From an uncultured bacterium (GTDB lineage Bacteria; Omnitrophota; Omnitrophia; Omnitrophales; Aquincolibacteriaceae): 32,396 bases of DNA. The translations under genes and the position numbers were made by a program. The DNA is taken from assembly GCA_964393875.1 (NCBI GenBank), contig CAYMUZ010000168.1, forward strand, positions 1 through 32,396. The letters run 5' to 3'. Numbering within the stretch: the first letter of the stretch is position 1; each line of letters starts with the position of its first letter. Under the pieces are notes generated by a model, which did no database searches, was not told the origin of the DNA, and saw nothing but the letters and a program-made list of their open reading frames with translations. This document shows positions 15,407-26,399 of this stretch, piece after piece.

Positions 15407-18400
15407 AGTCTGAAGCCGGCGGTTTCTTGAATGGACTGGTTGAGCTCTCACTTCGTTTTCGAGTGATTGTGCTGGTTTTGGCCTTGGGTCTGATGGGTTA
15501 CGGATTTTACAGTTTATTGAATGCCAAGTACGATGTTTTTCCTGAGTTTGCAGATCCGCAGATCACGATTCAAACTCAAGCGGTTGGGCTGTCGCCCGAA
15601 CAGGTTGAGACGCTGGTCACACTGCCCATTGAAAGCTCGATGAATGGAGCGGCGGGCCTAGAGACCCTGCGATCCAACTCGATTCAGGGCCTTTCAGTCA
15701 TCACCGCGATATTTCACTCCGACACCGATATTTACCGGGCGCGGCAGATCATTACCGAAAGGCTTGCCTCGATTGCTTCAAAGCTTCCGCAGGGAGTGCA
15801 GGCTCCGGTGATGGTGCCTCTGACCTCCGCGACGGGCGATCTTGTGAAAATAGGGCTGATATCCCATAAACATTCGCTGATGGAGCTTCGGACTCTGGCC
15901 GATTGGACGCTCAAGCCGCGCTTCTTAGCGGTACCAGGGGTGGCGAAGGTCTCGATTTTTGGGGGAGAGGTGAAACAACTCCAGATTCAGATCGATCCCG
16001 ACCGTTTGCGGCAGTACCAGCTGTCGGTTGACGATGTTTTTGCAGCGGCGAGGCGGGCAACGGGGGTACGAGGTGCCGGTTTTGTGGATACCGGAAACCA
16101 GCGTATTGTACTGCAGGCAGACGGACAGACACTGACGCCTGAAGCTTTGGGCGAGAGCATTCTTGTGGTGGGTGCCAACTCCGGAGTGACGTTCGTCGCA
16201 ACGCTGGCCGATGTGGCAAAAATCGTTGCGGCTCCCGATCTGCCCATCAGCGCGGCCACGGTCATGGGAGAGCCGGGTGTGACCTTGAATATCTGGGGGC
16301 AGTATGGCGCTAATACGTTGGAAGTGACGCGGTTGATCGAGCAGGCCGTGGTCGAATTAAAACCCATGCTTGATCAGGAAGGCGTCGAACTTTACCCTGT
16401 TCTTTTTCGCGCTGCTAGTTTTATTGAGATTGCCACAAGCAATCTTAAAACATCCTTGTGGATGGGCGGTTTGCTTGTGGGGGTGATTTTATTCTTGTTT
16501 TTGTGGGATGTTCGAACCGCGTCGATTTCTGTAACGGCGATTCCCTTGTCGTTGGTTGCCGCGGTGATCGTGATGCAGAAATTGGGTTTTAGTCTCAATA
16601 CGATGACTCTCGGAGGTTTGGCGATTGCCATTGGGGAAGTGGTGGATGATGCCGTGATCGACGTGGAAAATATTTTGCGCCGCATTCGCGAGAATGCCCA
16701 TGCGGCACGGCCCAAACCCGCGTTTCAGGTGGTGCTTGAAGCCTCTCTGGAAGTTCGCAGTGCCGTGGTTTATGCCACCTTTGCGGTGATTCTAGTGTTT
16801 ATTCCGGTGTTGACGATGTCCGGATTAGCCGGAAAATTTTTTGCGCCTCTCGGCATCGCTTACATTCTTGCCATTCTTTCCTCCCTGGGGGTGGCCGTGA
16901 CCTTGACGCCGGCGCTCTGTCTTATTTTTTTCAAAAAAGCGGATCTGGAAAATGAAGAGCCTCGTTTTTTACAAGGATTGAAAAGGCAGTACCGGCAATG
17001 GCTTCAGCAGGTAGAAAAATATCCACGAATAGTCATGATGGCACTTTTTCTCGTCAGTTTTGCCGGTCTTGCGGCGGGGCCTTTTTTGAAAACGGAGTTT
17101 TTGCCTGAACTTCAGGAAGAGCATTTTTTAATTCATATGGCGGCGGTGCCCGGCACTTCGATTGAAGAATCACTGCGCATCGGTAACCGGGTCACGCAAG
17201 AGTTGCTCAAACTGCCGTGGATGCGCTTTGTGGCACAGCAGGTGGGCAGGGCGGAGGCCGACGATACATTTGGTCCGCATGCGAGTGAGTTTCAAGTGGA
17301 TCTCCGGCCCCTGAGTAAAAAAGAAGCAGAGAGGGCTTTGCCCGCGATTCGCCAGGTGCTTTCAAAGTTTGTGGGGGTGCGCTTTGCGGTTAATACCTTT
17401 TTGGCGGAACGCATTGAAGAAACGCTTTCTGGATACACGGCCCCGGTGGCAATTCATCTCTACGGAGACTCGCTGGATCTTTTGGATCAAAAAATTACAG
17501 AGGTCGCGCGGGTGCTCGAAAAAGTGTCTGGGGTGACCGATCTTCAGGCGCAGTCTCCGCCGGGAGCGCCTGAACTTTCCGTCCGCTTGCGGCCACTGGA
17601 TTTACAGAAGTGGGGTTTTGCGGCGGTGGATGTGCTCGACTCGATAAAAACAGCCTACCAGGGCAATGTGGTTGGGCAAATTTACGAGGGGAGCCGAGTG
17701 TTTGATGTTTCGGTTATTCTAGAGCCGCAATTGCGGAAATCGATTCCCGATGTGGGTGGTTTACTGCTGAAAAGTCCGGCAGGGTTGTATGTGCGCTTGA
17801 ATCAGCTTGCGGATATTCAGGAAACCGCCGGTCGTTACGGCATTCTTCATGAGCATGCACGGCGTGTTCAGACGCTGACCTGCAATGTTCATGGGCGTGA
17901 TGTCGATTCTTTTGTGCGTGAAGCCAGGCGGAGTTTGGAGAAGGGGGTGACATTGCCGGCGGGCATGTACCTTGAATTTGCGGGAACGGCCGAGGCGCAG
18001 GATCGTTCACGCCACGATTTGATGGTGCACTCGCTCGCGGCCGGGATGGGCATTCTTTTGCTTCTCGGGATTGTCCTGAATCATCCGCGCAACGTGATGC
18101 TCGTTTTACTTAATTTGCCATTTGCGCTCACAGGCGGCGTGTGGGCGTTGTTGGCGACGAGAACGGCTTTGTCGCTTGGCGCGCTCGTTGGATTTGTTAC
18201 CCTTTTTGGAATTACGCTGCGCAATTCCATTATGATGATTTCGCACTACACCCACTTGATTCAGGAAGAACAGAAGCTTTGGAATGTGGAGACAGCCATT
18301 CAAGGTGCGTGCGAACGGCTGGGGCCGATTTTGATGACGGCGCTTGTGGCAGGGATCGGACTTTTACCTTTGGCGCTTGGGAGTGGCACGGCCGGGCGTG

Positions 18401-18525
18401 AGATCGAAGGGCCTATGGCCATTGTCATTCTCGGCGGACTTGTCACATCCACCCTGCTCAATCTTCTTGCGCTTCCCGCGCTTGCCCTGCGCTACGGCTC
18501 CTTCCAGCGAGAGGAGTCTGTCTAA
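15403..18525 (+). CDS. CzcA/CusA-family RND efflux permease
   Basis: 1040 aa with a 12-TM RND layout. The N-terminal block FPEFADPQITIQTQAVGLSPEQVETLVTLPIE...LRSNSIQGLSVITAIFHSDTDIYRARQIITERL follows the CzcA-family pattern. The TM4 motif is AIGEVVDDAVIDVEN. Confidence 0.95.
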   Translation: MKSEAGGFLNGLVELSLRFRVIVLVLALGLMGYGFYSLLNAKYDVFPEFADPQITIQTQAVGLSPEQVETLVTLPIESSMNGAAGLETLRSNSIQGLSVITAIFHSDTDIYRARQIITERLASIASKLPQGVQAPVMVPLTSATGDLVKIGLISHKHSLMELRTLADWTLKPRFLAVPGVAKVSIFGGEVKQLQIQIDPDRLRQYQLSVDDVFAAARRATGVRGAGFVDTGNQRIVLQADGQTLTPEALGESILVVGANSGVTFVATLADVAKIVAAPDLPISAATVMGEPGVTLNIWGQYGANTLEVTRLIEQAVVELKPMLDQEGVELYPVLFRAASFIEIATSNLKTSLWMGGLLVGVILFLFLWDVRTASISVTAIPLSLVAAVIVMQKLGFSLNTMTLGGLAIAIGEVVDDAVIDVENILRRIRENAHAARPKPAFQVVLEASLEVRSAVVYATFAVILVFIPVLTMSGLAGKFFAPLGIAYILAILSSLGVAVTLTPALCLIFFKKADLENEEPRFLQGLKRQYRQWLQQVEKYPRIVMMALFLVSFAGLAAGPFLKTEFLPELQEEHFLIHMAAVPGTSIEESLRIGNRVTQELLKLPWMRFVAQQVGRAEADDTFGPHASEFQVDLRPLSKKEAERALPAIRQVLSKFVGVRFAVNTFLAERIEETLSGYTAPVAIHLYGDSLDLLDQKITEVARVLEKVSGVTDLQAQSPPGAPELSVRLRPLDLQKWGFAAVDVLDSIKTAYQGNVVGQIYEGSRVFDVSVILEPQLRKSIPDVGGLLLKSPAGLYVRLNQLADIQETAGRYGILHEHARRVQTLTCNVHGRDVDSFVREARRSLEKGVTLPAGMYLEFAGTAEAQDRSRHDLMVHSLAAGMGILLLLGIVLNHPRNVMLVLLNLPFALTGGVWALLATRTALSLGALVGFVTLFGITLRNSIMMISHYTHLIQEEQKLWNVETAIQGACERLGPILMTALVAGIGLLPLALGSGTAGREIEGPMAIVILGGLVTSTLLNLLALPALALRYGSFQREESV

Positions 18526-18616
18526 GAATCCTGAATTTGGTACTTTTCCCTCTATGTCTCAGGCCCCCCCCTTGCATTTTGTGGACATGTCAGGTACCTT
18601 TCAACTAGAGACAGAA

Positions 18617-18734
18617 GCTTTTGAAAAGGGCAAACCACGGCTCGAGGGCTCTTCGCAAATAGCGAAGCCGTAAGGGTGGGACGCAAAACTATGGGGCCTT
18701 TTCTTTCGAAAAGGTCAGCCGGCTGCCAAAACGC
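18617..18734 (+). promoter_or_regulatory. candidate c-di-GMP-I (GEMM-I) riboswitch aptamer
   Basis: Three conserved blocks are present: AAAAGGGCAAACC (18624-18636), GGGACGCAAAAC (18678-18689) and CAGCCGGCUGCC (18716-18727). Closing helix GCUUUUG (18617-18623) pairs with CAAAA(C)GC (18727-18734). Hairpin GGCCUUUUC-UUUC-GAAAAGGUC spans 18695-18716. ACGGCU (18637-18642) pairs with AGCCGU (18666-18671). It lies in the 5' leader of a PilZ gene. Judged from memory of the Vc2 aptamer, not from a covariance-model search. Confidence 0.6.
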
Positions 18735-18850
18735 AATCTCATTGCTGGGGTGGCCGTCTTTGCTTGTGGCGGCGGAAAGGGCAGGAAAGAGTGGCACATT
18801 TGGTTCAGATGAATCGGTTTAGCACCTGGGTATGCGCGGTCGGAAATGGA

Positions 18851-19294
18851 ATGCTCGCGCTTTTGGGCTTGCGTGGAGAGGATCGGCGGAAGGGGGTTCG
18901 GGGCGATGAAGATCGCAGAGTTGCACCGAGAGTGCCTACGCGCAATCTTCTCAAGATTGTGTCGGTGAATGGAAAACCGGTGACCCAGCTTTTTAACCTT
19001 GTCAATATTTCCGAGACTGGTTTTCGTTTTATCAATTTTCAACAGTTCCACGAGGGGACTGTGGTTCAGGGAGTTGTGAATGTGCGCGAGTTTGATCAGC
19101 AGGTGCCTGTGGATGCGCGCATCGTTTGGTCGGAACCGCTCACGCTGAAAGTGGTCTGGGTGGACAAACATGACCGCAAGAGATCTCACACCCGGCATGC
19201 TGGGGCGGCCATTATGGCCATGGCCGATTCTGACCGCTACATTTTACGCCACTTTGTCCACCACAAAATGCAGATGCAGTGGGCCCAAAGCTAA
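18851..19294 (+). CDS. PilZ-domain protein (c-di-GMP receptor type)
   Basis: RRVAPR (RxxxR) is followed 24 residues later by NISETG (D/NxSxxG), the bipartite PilZ c-di-GMP-binding signature. The start is uncertain: in-frame ATG 18851, ATG 18809 or TTG 18764. Confidence 0.75.
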   Translation: MLALLGLRGEDRRKGVRGDEDRRVAPRVPTRNLLKIVSVNGKPVTQLFNLVNISETGFRFINFQQFHEGTVVQGVVNVREFDQQVPVDARIVWSEPLTLKVVWVDKHDRKRSHTRHAGAAIMAMADSDRYILRHFVHHKMQMQWAQS

Positions 19295-19390
19295 GGTAAG
19301 ATCCCTGCCCTTCTCAAATTCTCTCTTTCCGTGTTCCCGCTGAAAAGACGCGACAGAATCGTGTCCCTTTCGTAGAATAGCCCCTCTTCT

Positions 19391-19528
19391 ATGTCTTCCC
19401 AGAACCCTGAACTTGAATGGTTTCAGTTTGCATGTCTCGACTTTCCATCGATTTGGCGAACGGTGAAGAGTTTTGCGACCTGCGATGAAATTCGAAAGCT
19501 GAGCAACGCAAGACAGGTGGAAAAATAA
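19391..19528 (+). CDS. possible 45-codon small ORF coupled to the trmH-like gene
   Basis: ATG 19391 to TAA 19526-19528, encoding MSSQNPELEWFQFACLDFPSIWRTVKSFATCDEIRKLSNARQVEK. The stop overlaps the next ATG as TAATG. It is below the 60-aa cutoff of the ORF track and no homology is known to me. Confidence 0.3.
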   Translation: MSSQNPELEWFQFACLDFPSIWRTVKSFATCDEIRKLSNARQVEK

Positions 19529-20079
19529 TGATGAGAAAACTAACCCATTCGGAATTGATTGAGCGACAGTTCGATCAGGGGCGCAGCACCGTTCCTTTTT
19601 CAGTTTTGATCAATGATGTTCGCAGTCTGTACAACGTGGGGTCCATCTTCAGGACGGCCGATGGAGCCGGCCTTGAAAAAGTCTGGCTGTGTGGTATTAC
19701 GGGATTTCCTCCTGCGGGAAAGATTACAAAAACAGCCTTGGGTGCCGAGTCGCGCGTTCCCTGGGAATACCGGCAAGACGCATACGTCCTTTTAAACGAA
19801 CTTAAAAATGCCGGCACGGAAATTGTTTTACTGGAACAGACCGCAGAAAGCCTTCTTTATCAAAAGTTTGAACCCGTGCGGCCAATTTGTCTTGTGCTTG
19901 GAAATGAAATTACGGGTGTCGATGACCGTCTTTTGGCGTTGACCGACCGGTCCGTTGAGATCGAAATGGCCGGTCACAAAAATTCTCTGAATGTCACTGT
20001 CGCTTTTGGCATTGTGGCTTACCACATTCGCAACCGAATGTTGGCGGTGCAAACGCCGTTTGCCGGATCGCTTCGATGA
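19528..20079 (+). CDS. SpoU/TrmH-family RNA 2'-O-methyltransferase
   Basis: SPOUT motifs NVGSIFRTADGAG, LVLGNEITGV and SLNVTVAFGIVAYH. About 180 aa. Confidence 0.88.
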   Translation: MMRKLTHSELIERQFDQGRSTVPFSVLINDVRSLYNVGSIFRTADGAGLEKVWLCGITGFPPAGKITKTALGAESRVPWEYRQDAYVLLNELKNAGTEIVLLEQTAESLLYQKFEPVRPICLVLGNEITGVDDRLLALTDRSVEIEMAGHKNSLNVTVAFGIVAYHIRNRMLAVQTPFAGSLR

Positions 20080-21367
20080 ATCTTCCGCACAAGTACGAAT
20101 TGACGCCATCCCAGAAGGAAGCTTTGCGGCTTCTTGAGGAGTCGGCAGAGAATATTTTTTTGACGGGCGGCCCGGGCACGGGGAAGAGCTTTTTAATTCG
20201 CCTTTTTCTGGAACGTCAAAAAGAAGCCGTGCCTGTGGTGGCCAGCACCGGTGCGGCAGCGATTCTGGTTGGGGGACGAACGTTTCACAGTTTTTTTGGT
20301 CTTGGCATTGAACAGGGCAGTCTTGATCATTTGGTGGAAAAAGCGGCTGGCAAGGCACCGGTGCGTAAGCGGCTGCGCGGTGCAAAAATTTTAGTGATCG
20401 ATGAGGTCTCGATGTTGTCGCGATTGGCGCTGGATGCTGCCGAAAATATTGCGCGCCGTCTGCGTCACAACAACCTGCCGTGGGGCGGCATCCGTATTAT
20501 TGCGGTCGGCGATTTTGCACAGCTGCCACCCATTTCTAGGAATAACGACCGCGCGTGGTGTTTCTCGGCATCGGCCTGGAAGCGTTCGGTTTTTCAACGT
20601 GCGGTGCTCACCGAAGTCAAACGAACCGAGGACGCCGAGTTTCTTGAGATCCTAGAGGAAATCCGCTGGGGGCGTGTTTCAGAAAAAGTGCGTATTTTCC
20701 TGGATTCCCGCTTGGTGGCGGAGGATAAAGTAGACCGGAACATTCCGCATCTTTTTCCGCGCCGCCAGCAGACAGAGGCTTTTAACGGAATGCGTTTAGC
20801 GGAGCTCTCAGGCGTATCACGGGTGTATCCGACTGAATATGGCGGCAGTCCCGCTTTTCGTGAACGGTTGATGCGTGATGCGCCGGTGCCGCCCCTGTTG
20901 GAATTGAAAGAGGGGGCTCTCGTGATGCTGCGGATCAATGATCCCCGCCAGCGTTATGTCAACGGAACGGTCGGGACTGTTCTCGAGATGCTGGAGGATG
21001 TGCTGTTTCTCAAGGTTCTGGGCCGCCAGCTTGAAATCGAGCCCTTTCGCTTCAGTTTGATGAGTGATGAGGGCGAAGAAATTGCCTATGCCAGTAATTT
21101 TCCGGTGCATCTAGCTTACGCGAGCACCATCCACAAGATTCAGGGTGCAACTCTGGACCGGGTCCATGCAGATTTGCGTTCTCTATGGGAGCCCGGTCAG
21201 GCTTATGTGGCGCTTAGCCGTGCGCGTAGTGCGGCGGCGGTGACACTGGCCGGCTGGCACGAAAAATCTATTTTATCTGACCCCCGCGTGCGTGCTTTTT
21301 ATGACGGTTCGCTTGAAGAGGATGTCGAGGTGCTCACGCTCGAAATGGAGGATGGGGGAGCGTCCTG

Positions 21368-21368
<1 letters not shown>
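20076..21368 (+). CDS. Pif1-family (RecD-like SF1B) DNA helicase
   Basis: Walker A GGPGTGKS, ASTGAAAILVGGRTFHSFFGL, VIDEVSML, the Pif1-type GDFAQLPPI, and C-terminal STIHKIQGATLD...GQAYVALSRARS. The 430-aa size matches bacterial Pif1. ATGA overlap with the trmH-like gene. Confidence 0.88.
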
Positions 21369-24186
<2,818 letters not shown>

Positions 24187-24241
24187 GCCTTCCTTTTTTC
24201 AACGGATCAACCCTCAATCCATTTCAGCCGATAGAGTCAGT

Positions 24242-25162
24242 ATGAGTCCTCAGGAATCACCTTTTATTCTCTGGCTTCGGGCGCGCCGCCAAGAATTTCT
24301 GAATTACCTTTCCGTTGAAAAAGGTCTTGCCGCCAACACGCTGCAAGCTTACGGTCACGACCTGAATTGTTACTTTGAGCATTTGAAGTCAGCCGGCCTT
24401 CCGGCTTGGGAACAGATCACTCGCCGGCACATTCTTGATTTTATGTCTGCTGAGAGACGCCGGGGGATTGAAACCGTCTCATTGGCCCGGCGGCTTGTAG
24501 CGGTGAAAGTCTTTCACCGCTTTCTCGTGCAAGAGCGTTTTACTCTTGAGGATGTGACCAGCGTGCTTGAATCTCCCAAACTTTGGAAGAAACTGCCGCA
24601 GTTTTTAACGCATCAGGAAATGGAACGCATTTTAAAAACACCGGAGGCACAAAGCAGCAAGGCCACGCGTCTCCGCGATGGTGCGATTTTAGAGTTGCTG
24701 TATGCCACGGGAATGCGTGTGTCCGAACTAACCTCGCTGCGACTCGAAGATTTGAGCCTTGAGAATGGATTTATAAAATGTCGAGGCAAGGGGAGCAAAG
24801 AGCGTATTGTGCCGTTAGGCCGGCATGCGGTGGATGCCTGCCGGGCGTATCTTGAGAAGGTGCGACCGAAGCAGAACCCGGTAACGTCGTCTGTTTTTAT
24901 CGGCCGTGCGGGCAAGGCGCTGACGCGCCAAAGCGTCTGGCATCTTGTGCGCCGGTCGGCAAAAACCGCCGGTATTCAAAAAACGCTCAAGCCGCACACG
25001 TTTCGTCACTCCTTCGCGACGCACCTTCTTGAAGGCGGTGCGGATCTTCGAATTGTACAAGAGCTGTTAGGGCACGCTGATATTTCTACGACACAAATCT
25101 ACACGCACGTGACTCGTGACCATCTCAAAGCTGTCCATGCGCAATTTCATCCGCGGGGGTGA
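24242..25162 (+). CDS. xerD: tyrosine recombinase XerD
   Basis: Contains LSVEKGLAANTLQAYGHDL, ELLYATGMRVSELTSL, KGSKERIVPLG and RHSFATHLLEGGADLRIVQELLGHADISTTQIYTHV (the R..HxxR..Y catalytic set). ATG 24242 is preferred; the ORF-track start 24134 lies inside ligA. Confidence 0.92.
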   Translation: MSPQESPFILWLRARRQEFLNYLSVEKGLAANTLQAYGHDLNCYFEHLKSAGLPAWEQITRRHILDFMSAERRRGIETVSLARRLVAVKVFHRFLVQERFTLEDVTSVLESPKLWKKLPQFLTHQEMERILKTPEAQSSKATRLRDGAILELLYATGMRVSELTSLRLEDLSLENGFIKCRGKGSKERIVPLGRHAVDACRAYLEKVRPKQNPVTSSVFIGRAGKALTRQSVWHLVRRSAKTAGIQKTLKPHTFRHSFATHLLEGGADLRIVQELLGHADISTTQIYTHVTRDHLKAVHAQFHPRG

Positions 25163-25173
25163 CACATCACCGA
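25153..25173 (+). repeat. 21-bp direct repeat, copy 1 (overlaps the xerD stop codon)
   Basis: gcgggggtgacacatcaccga is identical to 25213-25233, exactly 60 bp away. It contains the inverted repeat GGTGA-caca-TCACC. Confidence 0.9.
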
Positions 25174-25212
25174 TAGTGATGCGTGCACCCCAGTCCCAGT
25201 CACCGCACAGGG

Positions 25213-25233
25213 GCGGGGGTGACACATCACCGA
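25213..25233 (+). repeat. 21-bp direct repeat, copy 2 (10 nt upstream of the methyltransferase start)
   Basis: Identical to 25153-25173. It lies immediately upstream of GGAG (25237-25240) and TTG 25244. Confidence 0.9.
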
Positions 25234-25243
25234 CGCGGAGATT

Positions 25244-25906
25244 TTGACCCACAAGCTTATACAGACCCTGCATCAAGAGAATCCCTACCAGGGGTTCAAT
25301 GCGGGGGGGCTTTGCCTCGATCTTCAGGGGTGGAACAGTGAGCGTCCTGTTTTTCGTGAATTGTTGACGCGGCTTCGGCCCCGACTGGTCATTGAAGTTG
25401 GGACCTGGAAGGGAGCTTCAACCCTGCACATGGCCCGTATTCTTCGCGAGATAGGCCTCAGAGACAGTCGAATTCTTGCGATTGACACCTGGCTGGGCTC
25501 GCGTCAATTTTGGGAGCCTGAGCGCTCCCCGAGTCTGTACCGGGCACTGCGGCTTGAAAATGGTTATCCTCAGGTCTACCGGCAATTTATGTTCAATGTG
25601 ATCCATAGTGGTTTTGCCGAGATGATTATCCCCTTCCCGCAAACGGCCTCCGCCGCCAGCCGTTGGCTCAAGGAAAAGGGGGTGCTCGCTCCGTTGATTT
25701 ACATTGATGCCGGCCACGATGAAGAAGACGTTTCGAGTGATCTTAGAAATTATTATGAAATCCTTGAGCCCGGCGGTATGATCTTCGGTGACGATCTCGG
25801 GGATCCCTCGGGGAATGTGCAAAAAGCTGTCACGCAGTTTTTTAGCGGAAAGAATCTCACCTATGAGACACGCGAAGACCAATTCTGGATTTTTAACAAA
25901 AAATAA
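25244..25906 (+). CDS. class I SAM-dependent methyltransferase (Methyltransf_24 / CmcI-like)
   Basis: VIEVGTWKGAS (motif I), ILAIDTW, YIDAGHDEEDV, LEPGGMIFGDD. TTG start; no in-frame ATG nearby. Confidence 0.8.
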   Translation: MTHKLIQTLHQENPYQGFNAGGLCLDLQGWNSERPVFRELLTRLRPRLVIEVGTWKGASTLHMARILREIGLRDSRILAIDTWLGSRQFWEPERSPSLYRALRLENGYPQVYRQFMFNVIHSGFAEMIIPFPQTASAASRWLKEKGVLAPLIYIDAGHDEEDVSSDLRNYYEILEPGGMIFGDDLGDPSGNVQKAVTQFFSGKNLTYETREDQFWIFNKK

Positions 25907-25918
25907 AAGGGCCGCCCC

Positions 25919-26323
25919 TTGTTTTATCTTCACCTGCTGAGTTCTGTTCTTGGACTGGTTCTCCTTGCGGCCGGTGGGTTTGCCTACTGGAAACCTGACG
26001 CTGCCATGCGGTTCCTTTTGGAACGGTTTTGGCCTGAGAAAAAATCGAAGATGCTGGTTTTGCTCGCGGGGGTACTCATTCTTTTGACCCTCGTATGCTG
26101 GGTTGTTTCTGCCGCCCATCTCAATGCCTACGGCCTTATGCTAACGGGTTTTTTGACGTTATTTTGTATCAAGGCGGTGGTGATTTTAGCGGTGTATGGC
26201 CCCTTCCGCAAAGCCGTGGTCATGCTTTTGACAACAGAAAAAACAGCTTTTTTGTTTGTCATCATCAGTACCCTGGCGATTGGAGCAGGTTTTTTGATTC
26301 TCGGATCACTGATAGGAAAGTAA
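25919..26323 (+). CDS. small integral membrane protein (about 4 TM helices)
   Basis: 134-codon ORF with four hydrophobic stretches (VLGLVLLAAGGFAY, LVLLAGVLILLTLVCWVV, LMLTGFLTLFCIKAVVILAV, FLFVIISTLAIGAGFLILG). TTG start. No family recognised. Confidence 0.55.
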   Translation: MFYLHLLSSVLGLVLLAAGGFAYWKPDAAMRFLLERFWPEKKSKMLVLLAGVLILLTLVCWVVSAAHLNAYGLMLTGFLTLFCIKAVVILAVYGPFRKAVVMLLTTEKTAFLFVIISTLAIGAGFLILGSLIGK

Positions 26324-26347
26324 TGCAACCATGAAAAGGAGTTTAAT

Positions 26348-26395
26348 ATGAAAAGAACAGGGGTCCGACAGGTCCCTCCCTTTTTCAGAAAGTGA
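26348..26395 (+). CDS. possible 15-codon upstream ORF preceding gpx
   Basis: AGGAG (26337-26341), a 6-nt spacer, then ATG 26348, encoding MKRTGVRQVPPFFRK. TGA at 26393-26395 is 4 nt before the gpx ATG, which has no good SD of its own. Confidence 0.3.
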   Translation: MKRTGVRQVPPFFRK

Positions 26396-26399
26396 TTTC

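Noticed and set aside
19828-20385. 185-aa minus-strand ORF
   Set aside because: It is antisense to the SPOUT methyltransferase 3' end and the Walker-A region of the Pif1-like helicase, and has no motifs.
25153-25233. Possible dif site next to xerD
   Set aside because: The repeats do not fit the 11-6-11 XerC/XerD dif architecture or the consensus as I remember it (GGTGCGCATAA-TGTATA-TTATGTTAAAT). They share only GGTG. I kept them as an unexplained repeat rather than calling them dif.
25418-26119. 233-aa minus-strand ORF, the longest unexplained ORF in the track
   Set aside because: It is antisense to the SAM methyltransferase (motif I and D-A-x-H present on the + strand) and to the membrane protein. 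Its product has a low-complexity Pro/Gly/Arg/Lys composition. It is most likely a shadow frame.
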